The notes under the pieces were generated by a model that saw only the letters and a program-made list of their open reading frames with translations, ran no database searches and was not told the origin of the DNA. Source: a virus (taxonomy: Duplodnaviria; Caudoviricetes). Taken from it: a stretch of 52,967 nt of DNA. The translations under genes and the position numbers were made by a program. Shown piece by piece: positions 1-8,159 of the stretch. Numbering within the stretch: the first letter of the stretch is position 1; every line of letters begins with the position of its first letter. The stretch is taken from positions 1 to 52,967 of the IMG/VR virus record IMGVR_UViG_3300043683_000021. The stretch is one strand, 5' to 3'.

Positions 1-244
1 CACGGAGCTCGGTCGGCAAGAGCGCGAGACAGTTCGCCTCGTCCTCGGTGTCGAAGTAGACGGTGGTCGAGGGCGGCGTCACGACTCACGACGGATGCTT
101 GAGGGTGACGCCGATCATGCGATCCGCCGTCGCGGTGACAGGCACCGCTTGGGTGCCCAAGCGGAGCTTCATGTAGCGCCACGGAGCGAGGCACGCGGCC
201 TGCGCGGACGTCGGCGCGACTGAGAGCGAGGCGGCGACGGTGAG
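1..244. repeat. Terminal direct repeat, left copy (circular assembly overlap or terminal redundancy)
   Basis: Identical to 52724-52967 except T/C at 106 vs 52829 and at 118 vs 52841. ORFs 52296..52805 and 86..442 are contiguous across the junction. Confidence 0.97.
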
Positions 245-442
245 CGTGAGTTCGGCGCCCGCGCCATCGGTGAGCTTCTGCCAGCCGGAGCCCTGCGTGC
301 CCGAAACCAAGAACGTGATCGCCGTCGCGCTGTCGATCGCGGCGGGGAGGACGAGCCCCAGAAAGGCCGCGCCCTGCGTGTCGATCTCCTGCGACTGCGT
401 TGCGCCGGAGAGAATCGTGGCGGTGGCGTAGGATTGCTTCAC
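86..442 (-). CDS. Virion structural protein (head decoration/accessory, beta-rich)
   Basis: 118 aa between the capsid gene and the head-tail adaptor; overlaps its upstream neighbour by GTGA. Confidence 0.6.
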   Translation of the reverse strand: MKQSYATATILSGATQSQEIDTQGAAFLGLVLPAAIDSATAITFLVSGTQGSGWQKLTDGAGAELTLTVAASLSVAPTSAQAACLAPWRYMKLRLGTQAVPVTATADRMIGVTLKHPS

Positions 443-648
443 GGTTTGCTCCCGCGCTTCGGTGGCTTCGCTGCGGCGGTGTCGGGTGCGTCGAGTGCGG
501 GTGGTGGTGCGTCAGGTACGGCGTCGGGCTCTTTCCACGGCGTGTGCACGGCGGGATCGAAGTCCGAGACGTTGATCCCGATGCAGCCGAGGTGCGCCCC
601 TTCGGGATGCACGATGGCCATCGTTGGCAGTGTGCGAGCGTCATTCAT
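439..648 (-). CDS. Small protein downstream of the capsid gene
   Basis: ATG at 648 after GGGGA; 69 aa with INVSDFDPAVH core and a Pro/Lys tail, typical of small post-capsid genes. Confidence 0.6.
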   Translation of the reverse strand: MNDARTLPTMAIVHPEGAHLGCIGINVSDFDPAVHTPWKEPDAVPDAPPPALDAPDTAAAKPPKRGSKP

Positions 649-715
649 GCGAACGTCCCCGGTTGAAACGCAGAGTGCCGCACCCCGATGGACCGGAGTG
701 CGGCGACTCGATTCG

Positions 716-1894
716 TCAGCCTGCGATGCGTGACGCGAACTCCGGGCGGACAAGCGCGCCGCCGTAGAGGATGTCATAGCTGAACCGCGTGCGCTTGTGC
801 TCGCGCGAGATCTCGAGGCGGAGCGTGAGCCCCGACACGGGATCGACTGCGCTCTGGATGATGTTGCCGAGTCCCTCCGCGGAATCCGCGAGCGGACGTG
901 TCGCGAACGCCACCGCATCACGATGGAAGTGGAGATTCATCGTGTGCGACGCCTTGAGCGTCACGGCCGCCGACGTGGCGGGGGAGAGCTTGAGGGCGGG
1001 CGAGATCGAGAGCTGCACCGATCCTCCGGCGTTCGCGGTCGCATTCGCGAGCACCGCGTACGTCTGCGTGTCGCCCGCGATCGTGATGATGTCGCCCGCG
1101 TTGTACGTGCCCGTCGAGGTCGTGAGACCCGTCAGGTTCACGAAGCCGACCGCGGTGACGCCATTCTGTGCCGTGGTGCCGGCGTTGGTCTGGCCCGCGA
1201 CGTTCGACGCGGCGCACACCGGCGTGCCGCCCGGGACGCCGGCCGTCTGCGTGATCACGTTCTGGTCCATGTACCAATCGGCGCCCAGCTTGTGGCCGAT
1301 CGTGCCCTCGAGAATGCCCTGCGCGTCGCCGCGCTGCTCGGCCTGGATGAAGTTGTGGAGCGCGACGGCGTTTCCTTCGGCGAGCGGATCGAGCACGACG
1401 CGCCGGTCACGGGGGGGCGCGAGCTGCTTGTTGAGCGCGACGCGCGCATCCTTGAACGCGGAGAGGTCGCTGGCGAAGGGGGTCGTGCCGGCCGTGCCGC
1501 CCCAGCCGTAGACGCCCTTGAAGAGCCCCATGATGTACGCGTCGACGTTGTTCGCGGCGCCCTTGATCGCTTCCGACGCCTGCATCGGAATCGTCCCGTT
1601 CATCGCGATCAACATGTCCTTGTCGGTCAGGTAGAACGGAAACTCGTACCACTGATCGAGCGGGATGTTGACGGCGGTCGGCGTCGAGTCCTGCGTGGAG
1701 GGCGGCGTCGCGCCCGGCGCGACCGCGTTGCCGGCGATCGCCGACGGAATCGGCACGTCGATCGAGGAGCCTTTCAATCCGGCAATCGCGTCGTACTGGC
1801 GATTGACGAGCTGCGGCATGATGGCCATCTGGCGCAGCGCCAGGAGGCCCTGCGCGAGCAGCTTGGGCGCGACGGAAGCAAGGTTGTTCGACAC
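716..1894 (-). CDS. Major capsid protein, P22 coat (gp5)-like
   Basis: 392 aa; N-terminal LVNRQYD..KGSSIDVPIP, C-terminal FHRDAVAFATRPL and YDILYGGALVRPEFA; Gly/Thr-rich insertion domain; follows the scaffold gene. Confidence 0.9.
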   Translation of the reverse strand: MSNNLASVAPKLLAQGLLALRQMAIMPQLVNRQYDAIAGLKGSSIDVPIPSAIAGNAVAPGATPPSTQDSTPTAVNIPLDQWYEFPFYLTDKDMLIAMNGTIPMQASEAIKGAANNVDAYIMGLFKGVYGWGGTAGTTPFASDLSAFKDARVALNKQLAPPRDRRVVLDPLAEGNAVALHNFIQAEQRGDAQGILEGTIGHKLGADWYMDQNVITQTAGVPGGTPVCAASNVAGQTNAGTTAQNGVTAVGFVNLTGLTTSTGTYNAGDIITIAGDTQTYAVLANATANAGGSVQLSISPALKLSPATSAAVTLKASHTMNLHFHRDAVAFATRPLADSAEGLGNIIQSAVDPVSGLTLRLEISREHKRTRFSYDILYGGALVRPEFASRIAG

Positions 1895-1948
1895 AGGAGA
1901 ACCTCGTTAGGTAGTCCCGCGGCGAACGGACGCCGAGGGAACGGTGGG

Positions 1949-2719
1949 TTACGCGCCCGTTCCGGCGACGACCACAGTTCCCTTGGCGATGCCTTCGAGA
2001 TTGTTGCCGAAGGAGACGGGATCGCTTGCAACCACTCCCGGCTCGGACGATACGGCACTTCTCGAGTTGCCTCCGCCTACGGTTTGCTGCGGTCGATCGA
2101 AGAAGCGGGCATACTGCTTGTCCTTCGCGATCGTGCCGAAGTAGTCGTCGATATTGGCAAAGAGCCGATCGGGACTGGTGCTCGGTTCGAAGCCATCGCC
2201 GCCCGTCTTCCGCACATAGAACTCGCCGTCCTCGTCGTGCAGGCCGAACGCGGTCTCGAGCATCGTCACGATCGCCGGCTGGCGACCACCGGGCAGCGTT
2301 TCCAGGAGCTCGTCGCGCACCTTGTTGGCGCGCGCGGAGGCGAGAATCGACTTCTGCAGGATCTTGTTCTGGAGCTTGGACATCGCGCCGTCTTTCGCTG
2401 CGATCTGATCCTGCAGCGGCTTGAGCGCCCGAGCTTCCCAATCCTGCTTCGCAGCTGCGAGCTGCTGATCGCTCAGCTTTTCGCCACCGGCGCCTTTCGT
2501 GAGATCGATCTCCCACGCGGAGAGCGCCTGTGTTTTGAACTGCGGGTCGTTCAAGGCGCCAGTAAGCGCTGCGCGCTTCGCCTTTGCCTTCTCGTCCTTC
2601 ACGATCAGATCGACCTTGCTCTTCGGTACGTAGTTGGCCTCGACGTCCGTCTGCGCCACGTAGCCGTCCAGCTCGACCTCGATCTCGCTCCCTTCGTGCT
2701 GCACTTTGACTTTGCTCAT
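1949..2719 (-). CDS. Capsid scaffolding protein
   Basis: 256 aa from ATG 2719 (GGAGAAGG SD); coiled-coil, charged, Gly-rich C-terminus; directly upstream of the capsid gene. Confidence 0.75.
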   Translation of the reverse strand: MSKVKVQHEGSEIEVELDGYVAQTDVEANYVPKSKVDLIVKDEKAKAKRAALTGALNDPQFKTQALSAWEIDLTKGAGGEKLSDQQLAAAKQDWEARALKPLQDQIAAKDGAMSKLQNKILQKSILASARANKVRDELLETLPGGRQPAIVTMLETAFGLHDEDGEFYVRKTGGDGFEPSTSPDRLFANIDDYFGTIAKDKQYARFFDRPQQTVGGGNSRSAVSSEPGVVASDPVSFGNNLEGIAKGTVVVAGTGA

Positions 2720-2810
2720 CGTTCGGCTCTCCTTCTCCCGCTGTTGGCGCCGCGGTTGCGCACCGGCGAAGCCCTCGCCGTCAGGTGGTAACGCTGGGTG
2801 AATCAGGTAC

Positions 2811-2877
2811 AAACGAAAAAGCGGCCACGCCTCCCGAAGGAGATGTGGCCGCGATGAAGCGTGCCGCTGCTAATTGT
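2811..2877 (-). promoter_or_regulatory. Conserved late leader element, copy 1 (before scaffold/capsid)
   Basis: Minus strand: ACAATTAGCAGCGGCACGCTTCATC-GCGGCCACATCTCC-TTCG-GGAGGCGTGGCCGC-TTTTTCGTTT; hairpin followed by a U-tract. Confidence 0.85.
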
Positions 2878-2920
2878 GTCGGGGCGCTACTAATGCGCGC
2901 CCGTCCTACCGACGACTAAG

Positions 2921-3208
2921 CTATGGCTGCGTTACAGCTGGCGCAATATTAGGGCTCCATCTAAACACGACTCGCTCCTCGGCTTCCTCGTCCGTCCGGC
3001 AGTATGCACCTAGTTGGACAATCTCGCCGGGACGATGATCTACCACCGCTGTGCCGTCGTCGACTCTCACCATGTACGGAATGCGCAACGTCCGACACCA
3101 GTCGCTTAGCGTCTCGCACTCCCCGTCGCGAGGGCCGCCAAAGAGCACCGCGATCCTTCCGCCGTCGTTCGGGATGCCGCCGTTACTCTCGTAGCACAAC
3201 GCCATCAC
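2921..3208 (-). CDS. Hypothetical protein
   Basis: 95 aa with LFGGPRDG motif; 4-bp overlap with the upstream gene. Confidence 0.6.
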   Translation of the reverse strand: MMALCYESNGGIPNDGGRIAVLFGGPRDGECETLSDWCRTLRIPYMVRVDDGTAVVDHRPGEIVQLGAYCRTDEEAEERVVFRWSPNIAPAVTQP

Positions 3209-3393
3209 GACGACTCCGGCGGCAGCGTGGACAGCGTGCGATACAGGAGACCGAGAAGCTCGCCGCCGTCGGGGTCAGCCTTGATCGCAGAATCGACCTC
3301 CGCTTGCAACGCCGGAGAAGTGGCAATCTCGACTGCGAGCTTGTCGCCGATTCGCTGCATGATCTCCGCCGTCTCGCGCGCAGGATTCGCCAT
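3205..3393 (-). CDS. Hypothetical protein
   Basis: 62 aa helical ORF from ATG 3393, filling the gap after the glycosyltransferase. Confidence 0.55.
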   Translation of the reverse strand: MANPARETAEIMQRIGDKLAVEIATSPALQAEVDSAIKADPDGGELLGLLYRTLSTLPPESS

Positions 3394-3397
3394 GCGC

Positions 3398-4771
3398 TCA
3401 GTATACACCCTCCAACCCCCCGCGCAATTCCGAAACCGCCGCAGGCCAGTCGTTCGTGTGCCGTCGCCGCACCGTCGTGTGGTTTGGATACCAGGCGCTG
3501 CCATCGCGCCGAATGCCGGCGGCTTCCAATGCGGCGGGGCGATTGTGCCGGAACTCGTAATAGCTCGGCGGGAAGATGTACGTCGGCACGCCGAGCGACC
3601 CCGAGAGATGCGCGACCGACGTGTCCACGCTTACGACGAAATCGAGCTGCGCGATCTCCTCCGCCGATTGCAGCCAATCGCCCTGACCGATCCGCCGGGT
3701 GATCTCCGGATACTCGTCCTCCCGCTGGCCGCGCTGGATCGAGTGCCAGGTGATGCCGGGGAGATCGAGCAAGGGCAGAAATGCGCGGTGCGCCGCTGAG
3801 CGGTCACGGTCGAGACTCGCGACGTTGGAGCCCGCCCAGCAGATCCCGGCGTGGCCTTTCACGGGCCGGCGCGGGATCTTGAAGTCTGTCGGCGGCGGCA
3901 CTTTCGCCAGCGCGTCCGTCCCCATGAGCCACGGGAGCGACATCACGGGCGAGTGCGCATCGAAGCGGGGCAGGGGCTCGTTCGTGCCGTACGTCTCGAA
4001 GCCCAGGCGGAGCATGAGGGGGACGAGCGGCGGCTGCACCACGAGCACGAGCTTGTCCACCATCGTCGCCGCGATCGTCGCATAGCGCGACATCATGAGC
4101 ACGTCGCCCAACCCTTGCTCGCACTCGAGCAAGAGCGTCCCAGGAAACGGTTTGCCATTCCAGCGATGCGTCCCCAAGATCGCCTCGAGCTCGGGCGTCT
4201 GGTGGCGGAGGCCGATCCGCCAGCGATTCTCGAAGAGCGACCACCGCGAGTAATCGCCCCACCATGCGCCGCACGTCGCCTGGTCGTTTCGGTCGCTCGC
4301 ATTCTTCCCTGGCAGACTGAGCCCCTTCGCGAAGAGCGCCTCGGCCTGCGCAATGTCGCCGTGCATCATGAGCATGAAGCCGCGCCCGATCATGGCCGCG
4401 ACGTGCGTCGGGTCGAGCGTCAGCGCGATGCGCAGCTCCTTCGCGGCGAGCCGGAAGTCGCCGAGCCCGCGCGCCGCGCAGCCCAGGTGGTAATGCGCCT
4501 GCGCATTGTCGCGGTAGTATTTGCTCGAGACCGACCGGCGGATGTATTGAATCGCTTCGGTGAACCGCCACGACGCGAGCGCCTCGACGCCCCGGCAATA
4601 GATCATCGTCGGATCGTCGGGCGCCAAGCGGTACGCGTGCCGCCAATGCTGGACGGCGAGCTGCAGATTCCCCGCCTCAACCGCCTCGTTGGCGAGATCG
4701 AAGAGTCGGAACGCCTCTTTGTGCTTCGCCTGCGCGTACGTGATGCGCGACTCGACGCGGACGGCGGTCAT
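3398..4771 (-). CDS. TPR-repeat plus GT-B (GT9/heptosyltransferase-like) glycosyltransferase
   Basis: N-terminal TPRs (AHYHLGCAARGLG, ALTLDPTHVAA) followed by EQGLGDVLMMSRY, PVMSLP, GICWAGS and LDFVVSVDTSVAHLSGSLGVPT, the hallmark motifs of TPR-GT9 proteins. Confidence 0.9.
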   Translation of the reverse strand: MTAVRVESRITYAQAKHKEAFRLFDLANEAVEAGNLQLAVQHWRHAYRLAPDDPTMIYCRGVEALASWRFTEAIQYIRRSVSSKYYRDNAQAHYHLGCAARGLGDFRLAAKELRIALTLDPTHVAAMIGRGFMLMMHGDIAQAEALFAKGLSLPGKNASDRNDQATCGAWWGDYSRWSLFENRWRIGLRHQTPELEAILGTHRWNGKPFPGTLLLECEQGLGDVLMMSRYATIAATMVDKLVLVVQPPLVPLMLRLGFETYGTNEPLPRFDAHSPVMSLPWLMGTDALAKVPPPTDFKIPRRPVKGHAGICWAGSNVASLDRDRSAAHRAFLPLLDLPGITWHSIQRGQREDEYPEITRRIGQGDWLQSAEEIAQLDFVVSVDTSVAHLSGSLGVPTYIFPPSYYEFRHNRPAALEAAGIRRDGSAWYPNHTTVRRRHTNDWPAAVSELRGGLEGVY

Positions 4772-5283
4772 GCAGGCGCTTGCATCACTGCGAAATTCCG
4801 CCAGCGTGGCACGAGCGATTCCACCAACAGGCGCGTCGCATCATGCAACAGCATCTTGTCGCGGTTCATCGCGTACCAGTCGGCCACTTCCCAAACGCCT
4901 TTCTGCGCGCGCCCCGCACCCATCCAGTCCGCGACCATCTCGCGCACGAAATTCTCCGGCATTTCGAGTGCGACCAGATCGCCGGAGTCGCGCTTCAGGA
5001 GCCAGTGCTGCCAATGGTGCGGATTCAGGTGGACGTGATGCAGCCACGCGCGATCGAACGGTGCATTGGCGCCCGGATTGTAGCTCGCGCTCGCGCCACG
5101 CGGATCGCCGGCGACCTTCGGGCCGTAGAACATGCGCACGTAGGCGAACCATTCACTCGGCAGGAACTTCGACCAGTCGTGAATCAGTAGGCGCCAGAGC
5201 GGCGCGCCGGTGCGCAGTCCTGCGACGAGCACAAACCATTTGTGCCGCAGGACATAGCGGAGATAGCGGAGGTGCGCGTTCAT
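4768..5283 (-). CDS. HD-superfamily protein (DUF5662-like)
   Basis: RHKWFV...IHDWSKF...WLHHVHLNPHHWQHW...EMVADW pattern; start at ATG 5283. Confidence 0.8.
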   Translation of the reverse strand: MNAHLRYLRYVLRHKWFVLVAGLRTGAPLWRLLIHDWSKFLPSEWFAYVRMFYGPKVAGDPRGASASYNPGANAPFDRAWLHHVHLNPHHWQHWLLKRDSGDLVALEMPENFVREMVADWMGAGRAQKGVWEVADWYAMNRDKMLLHDATRLLVESLVPRWRNFAVMQAPA

Positions 5284-5639
5284 CTCCGATCGTTGTGATG
5301 CTTCACGGCCGCGTCGACCGCTTGTTCGAGTTGTACGAGGAAGTGCCCATCGCCGAGTACAATGCGGTGCGTCGGCTTGTTTCCGGCGCCGCATTCAATC
5401 ACGACGTTGTGAGTCGCAGCGAGCGCGGCAAGCGATTTCATCATCGCGTGCAGGCGGCCGTAATCGCTCGTCTCCGTAGCACCGGCGAGCTGCCAGCCCT
5501 CATCGAACGTCTCGCTCGGATCGCCCGTCACCTTCTGTCCGTGCTTGTCGACGATGACCGGCTGCTGCGCGGGATCGAGCCCTGCGAACGGGCCGGAGAC
5601 GGGCAGCTCGTTCGGATCGTACTTGTTGGAGTCTTTCAT
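5280..5639 (-). CDS. Hypothetical protein
   Basis: 119 aa from ATG 5639 with a strong AAGGAG SD. Confidence 0.7.
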   Translation of the reverse strand: MKDSNKYDPNELPVSGPFAGLDPAQQPVIVDKHGQKVTGDPSETFDEGWQLAGATETSDYGRLHAMMKSLAALAATHNVVIECGAGNKPTHRIVLGDGHFLVQLEQAVDAAVKHHNDRR

Positions 5640-5680
5640 GTTTCTCCTTCGGAAGAATTGGAACAGAAAAACGGCGGTCA

Positions 5681-5893
5681 TTATCCGTTGTCTTGGTAAT
5701 TCGGATTCATCGCCATGCTCTTCTTCGCGAAGAAGCACGCTTCCTCGAGCTTCGTGCGGGCGAGGGCAGCGGTCCGCGGATCGAAGTGACTCGGCTCGAT
5801 CTTCTGGAGGAGATCGCTGAACAGAATCGCGATGGCGTTCGCTTGCGCTTGTCCCTGCTCATTCAGCTTGTGAAATGCGAATGCGTCGTGCAT
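5681..5893 (-). CDS. Acb2/Tad1-like helical-hairpin protein (putative anti-defence nucleotide sponge)
   Basis: 70 aa: FAFHKLNEQGQAQA...PRTAALARTKLEEACFFAKKSMA resembles the FxYH...R(E/T)xxLAxTxLEEAxxW/F core of Acb2/Tad1 hairpins; GGAGG SD. Confidence 0.7.
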   Translation of the reverse strand: MHDAFAFHKLNEQGQAQANAIAILFSDLLQKIEPSHFDPRTAALARTKLEEACFFAKKSMAMNPNYQDNG

Positions 5894-5911
5894 GGAACCT
5901 CCGTGAGTGAG

Positions 5912-7075
5912 TTAGTGCGTGTGCGCGAGTCGTTGCCACGAGCGCGCCGTCGCGGCGCCGTGTGCGAGCAACGCGCGTTCGGCGGGCGAGAGTGGTTGTT
6001 CCGCGAAGTCCAGCAAGGCGCCGAGCTGCTCGCGCACCCGCTCTTCCGCGCGCGGTGTCGCGTACTTGGGGAGCGACACGGTCTTGGGCTCCGCGATCCG
6101 TCGGTTCGTGGGCAGGGGATCGTTGACGCGCGCGAACGGGCGGAGCGTCGGCGCGAGTGAGCACCAGCAGAAGGGATGCGGCCACTCGGGGACCATTGTC
6201 TTCGGAAACCAGCCCGGCCCGCCGCCGTAGAAATCGCTCGTCGCCAGCGCGTCACAGATGTCCGCTTTCGGATGCGCAGGCGAGAGTGTCCACACGTAGC
6301 CCTCGATCAGCGGATCCGCGAGCCCGTTCGTCTTCAGCGCGTTGCCGTACGCTGTGTGCAACTCGCTCGAGGCGATCCGGCGCGCGTTGTAGCGGATCTG
6401 CTTGGCCGCGCCGCGGAGATCCTCGGGGAGCTGCTTCCACGCCGTTCGCATCGCCTTCTGTGCCTCGGCCTCCGCCGTCTTGCCGAAGCGACTCGCGGGG
6501 AACGCCTGATAGAACGTCTCTGCGCCCTGCACGTACGGGCGGAGCTGCACCGCGAGATCGGCGGGGGAGATGCCTTGCAGGAGCGCCGTCCGGATGAGCG
6601 AGTCGAGTTCGGTCGCGGCGTTGTCGATGTAGTCGCGAAGCGTCGTGCGCCAGTCGGCGGCGTTCCCGTGGTAGACGGCGTAGAGATTGACGCGCGGAAT
6701 CCGAATCGCGCCGAACGCCGCGCCCTCGCTCCGGGCCGCGACGGCCGACGCCTCCCGGTAGATCGTGCTCACCTCGTCGAACGTGAGCGCGCGATTGACT
6801 TGGATCGCGCCGGCCATCGTCGCATCGAGCACAGTCGCTGCGCGGACGATGACCGCGTGACTCTCGCGGAGGGCACGCCGGCGCTCGGCGGGCGTGTCGG
6901 CGTGGAGTGCCAGCAGCTCCGCCAGCACGGTGCGCGCGAAAATGTCCAGGTCGTCCGCGAGCTGTGCGGCCAGCGTGTCGGAGAGCGTGCCCGCCAAGGC
7001 GCGTGCACGCTGCGCCGCGAAGAGGTAGGCCGATGCCGCGCCAGAGGCGCCGCCCTCGAGATTAGGCGACGTCAC
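5912..7075 (-). CDS. Minor head morphogenesis protein (SPP1 gp7/Mu gpF-like)
   Basis: YNARRIASSELHTAY, W...HPKADICD and PEWPHPFCWC motifs; downstream of portal. Confidence 0.85.
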   Translation of the reverse strand: MTSPNLEGGASGAASAYLFAAQRARALAGTLSDTLAAQLADDLDIFARTVLAELLALHADTPAERRRALRESHAVIVRAATVLDATMAGAIQVNRALTFDEVSTIYREASAVAARSEGAAFGAIRIPRVNLYAVYHGNAADWRTTLRDYIDNAATELDSLIRTALLQGISPADLAVQLRPYVQGAETFYQAFPASRFGKTAEAEAQKAMRTAWKQLPEDLRGAAKQIRYNARRIASSELHTAYGNALKTNGLADPLIEGYVWTLSPAHPKADICDALATSDFYGGGPGWFPKTMVPEWPHPFCWCSLAPTLRPFARVNDPLPTNRRIAEPKTVSLPKYATPRAEERVREQLGALLDFAEQPLSPAERALLAHGAATARSWQRLAHTH

Positions 7076-7183
7076 GCGGGATCAGGACGGAATAGTGCCA
7101 GAGCAGCCACGCGGTGTACGGCGTGTGCTGTCCGGCCTTGATCTTGAGCGTGAGGGGCCACCAGATGCTCATCGGCGCGCGCC

Positions 7184-7888
7184 CTAGTTGAACGACGGAC
7201 AATCGGACGACCACAGAATGTCGGTCCCCGAGCTGAAGGTCCCCGTCGCGGCGCCGCTCGTCGAATCCGCGACCGTCGTCCCCGCCCCTTCGTTCATCTT
7301 CCAGTAGCCGGCGAGCCCCGGTTCGGCGCCGGTGAGGCGGCGATTGTAGTTGTCGAGGATCGTCGCATTCGCGCGCGCGATATTCCAGACGCGGAGATCG
7401 GAGAGGCGTCCCGCGAAGGAGTCGCCCGCGCCGTCGCCGCCGATCTTCCGCAACGTCGAGCCGATGGTGCGCGCAAACGTGCTGTTCGCGGTGTTGTCGT
7501 GCTGGACGCCGTTGACGAGCCAGCGCTGGAAGCCGCCCGCGACCGAACGCACGTAGGCGATATGTGTCCACAGATTGAGCGTCGGCGCGAAGGTCGACTG
7601 ATTCGCGCCGAACATGCCGAGCACGCCGTTGGAGGCGTTCTGCATCATCGTGATGTCGAGGCCGCTCGACCCGGTGCAGAAGATGCCGCCCTGCGCGCCA
7701 CGACTCGCGAGCACCTTGATCCAGCACTCGATACAGAACTCGTTCGGCATTGCGCCGGCCGAGAGCACGCTTCCATTCGGAAGCGCGATCGACGGCGTCG
7801 TGTGCGTCGTGCCGTAGAGATCGACGGAGCCGGCCTTCTCCACCGGCGCGCTCGTCCCGCCGCCCATGAGCAGATTCATGTAGCTCAT
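7184..7888 (-). CDS. LamG/concanavalin-A-like jelly-roll protein
   Basis: FCIECWIK, WTHIAYV, FAGRLSDLRVWNIAR and GLAGYWKMNEGAG motifs; start at ATG 7888. Confidence 0.88.
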   Translation of the reverse strand: MSYMNLLMGGGTSAPVEKAGSVDLYGTTHTTPSIALPNGSVLSAGAMPNEFCIECWIKVLASRGAQGGIFCTGSSGLDITMMQNASNGVLGMFGANQSTFAPTLNLWTHIAYVRSVAGGFQRWLVNGVQHDNTANSTFARTIGSTLRKIGGDGAGDSFAGRLSDLRVWNIARANATILDNYNRRLTGAEPGLAGYWKMNEGAGTTVADSTSGAATGTFSSGTDILWSSDCPSFN

Positions 7889-8070
7889 GCGGTCATCTCC
7901 TGCGGATGGTCGAGCATCGCGCATCCTTCCGGCGCGCAGTCCTGCAGTTCGTCGTCGGGTTCGTCGGCGCGCGGCCGCTGGACCGTGCCCATGCCGAGCG
8001 ATGGAAAGCGCGCCGCGGGACAGTTCACCGCGTGCCAGTTGTCATCGCGTAAGCAATGCGCGCACATCAC
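7885..8070 (-). CDS. Small Cys/His-rich protein
   Basis: CAHC..WHAVNC and C..EGC...H; coupled to neighbours on both sides by 4-bp overlaps. Confidence 0.5.
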   Translation of the reverse strand: MMCAHCLRDDNWHAVNCPAARFPSLGMGTVQRPRADEPDDELQDCAPEGCAMLDHPQEMTA

Positions 8071-8159
8071 GCGTCTTTCCTCCACGCGACGAGACACACG
8101 AAGCCGACGAAGAGGAGGAAGGCGACGAAGAGGAGCAGCCCGGCGGTATCGTCATTCAT
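8067..8159 (-). CDS. 30-aa single-TM peptide (not in the ORF track)
   Basis: MNDDTAGLLLFVAFLLFVGFVCLVAWRKDA; ATGA overlap with the NTase stop and GTGA overlap with the next gene. Confidence 0.6.
   Translation of the reverse strand: MNDDTAGLLLFVAFLLFVGFVCLVAWRKDA

Noticed and set aside
5655-5705. Fifth copy of the late leader element after the Acb2/Tad1-like gene
   Set aside because: Has a similar GTTTTTCTGTT tail but only a 5-bp stem and lacks the GCGGCC stem and the CGCTTCA core.
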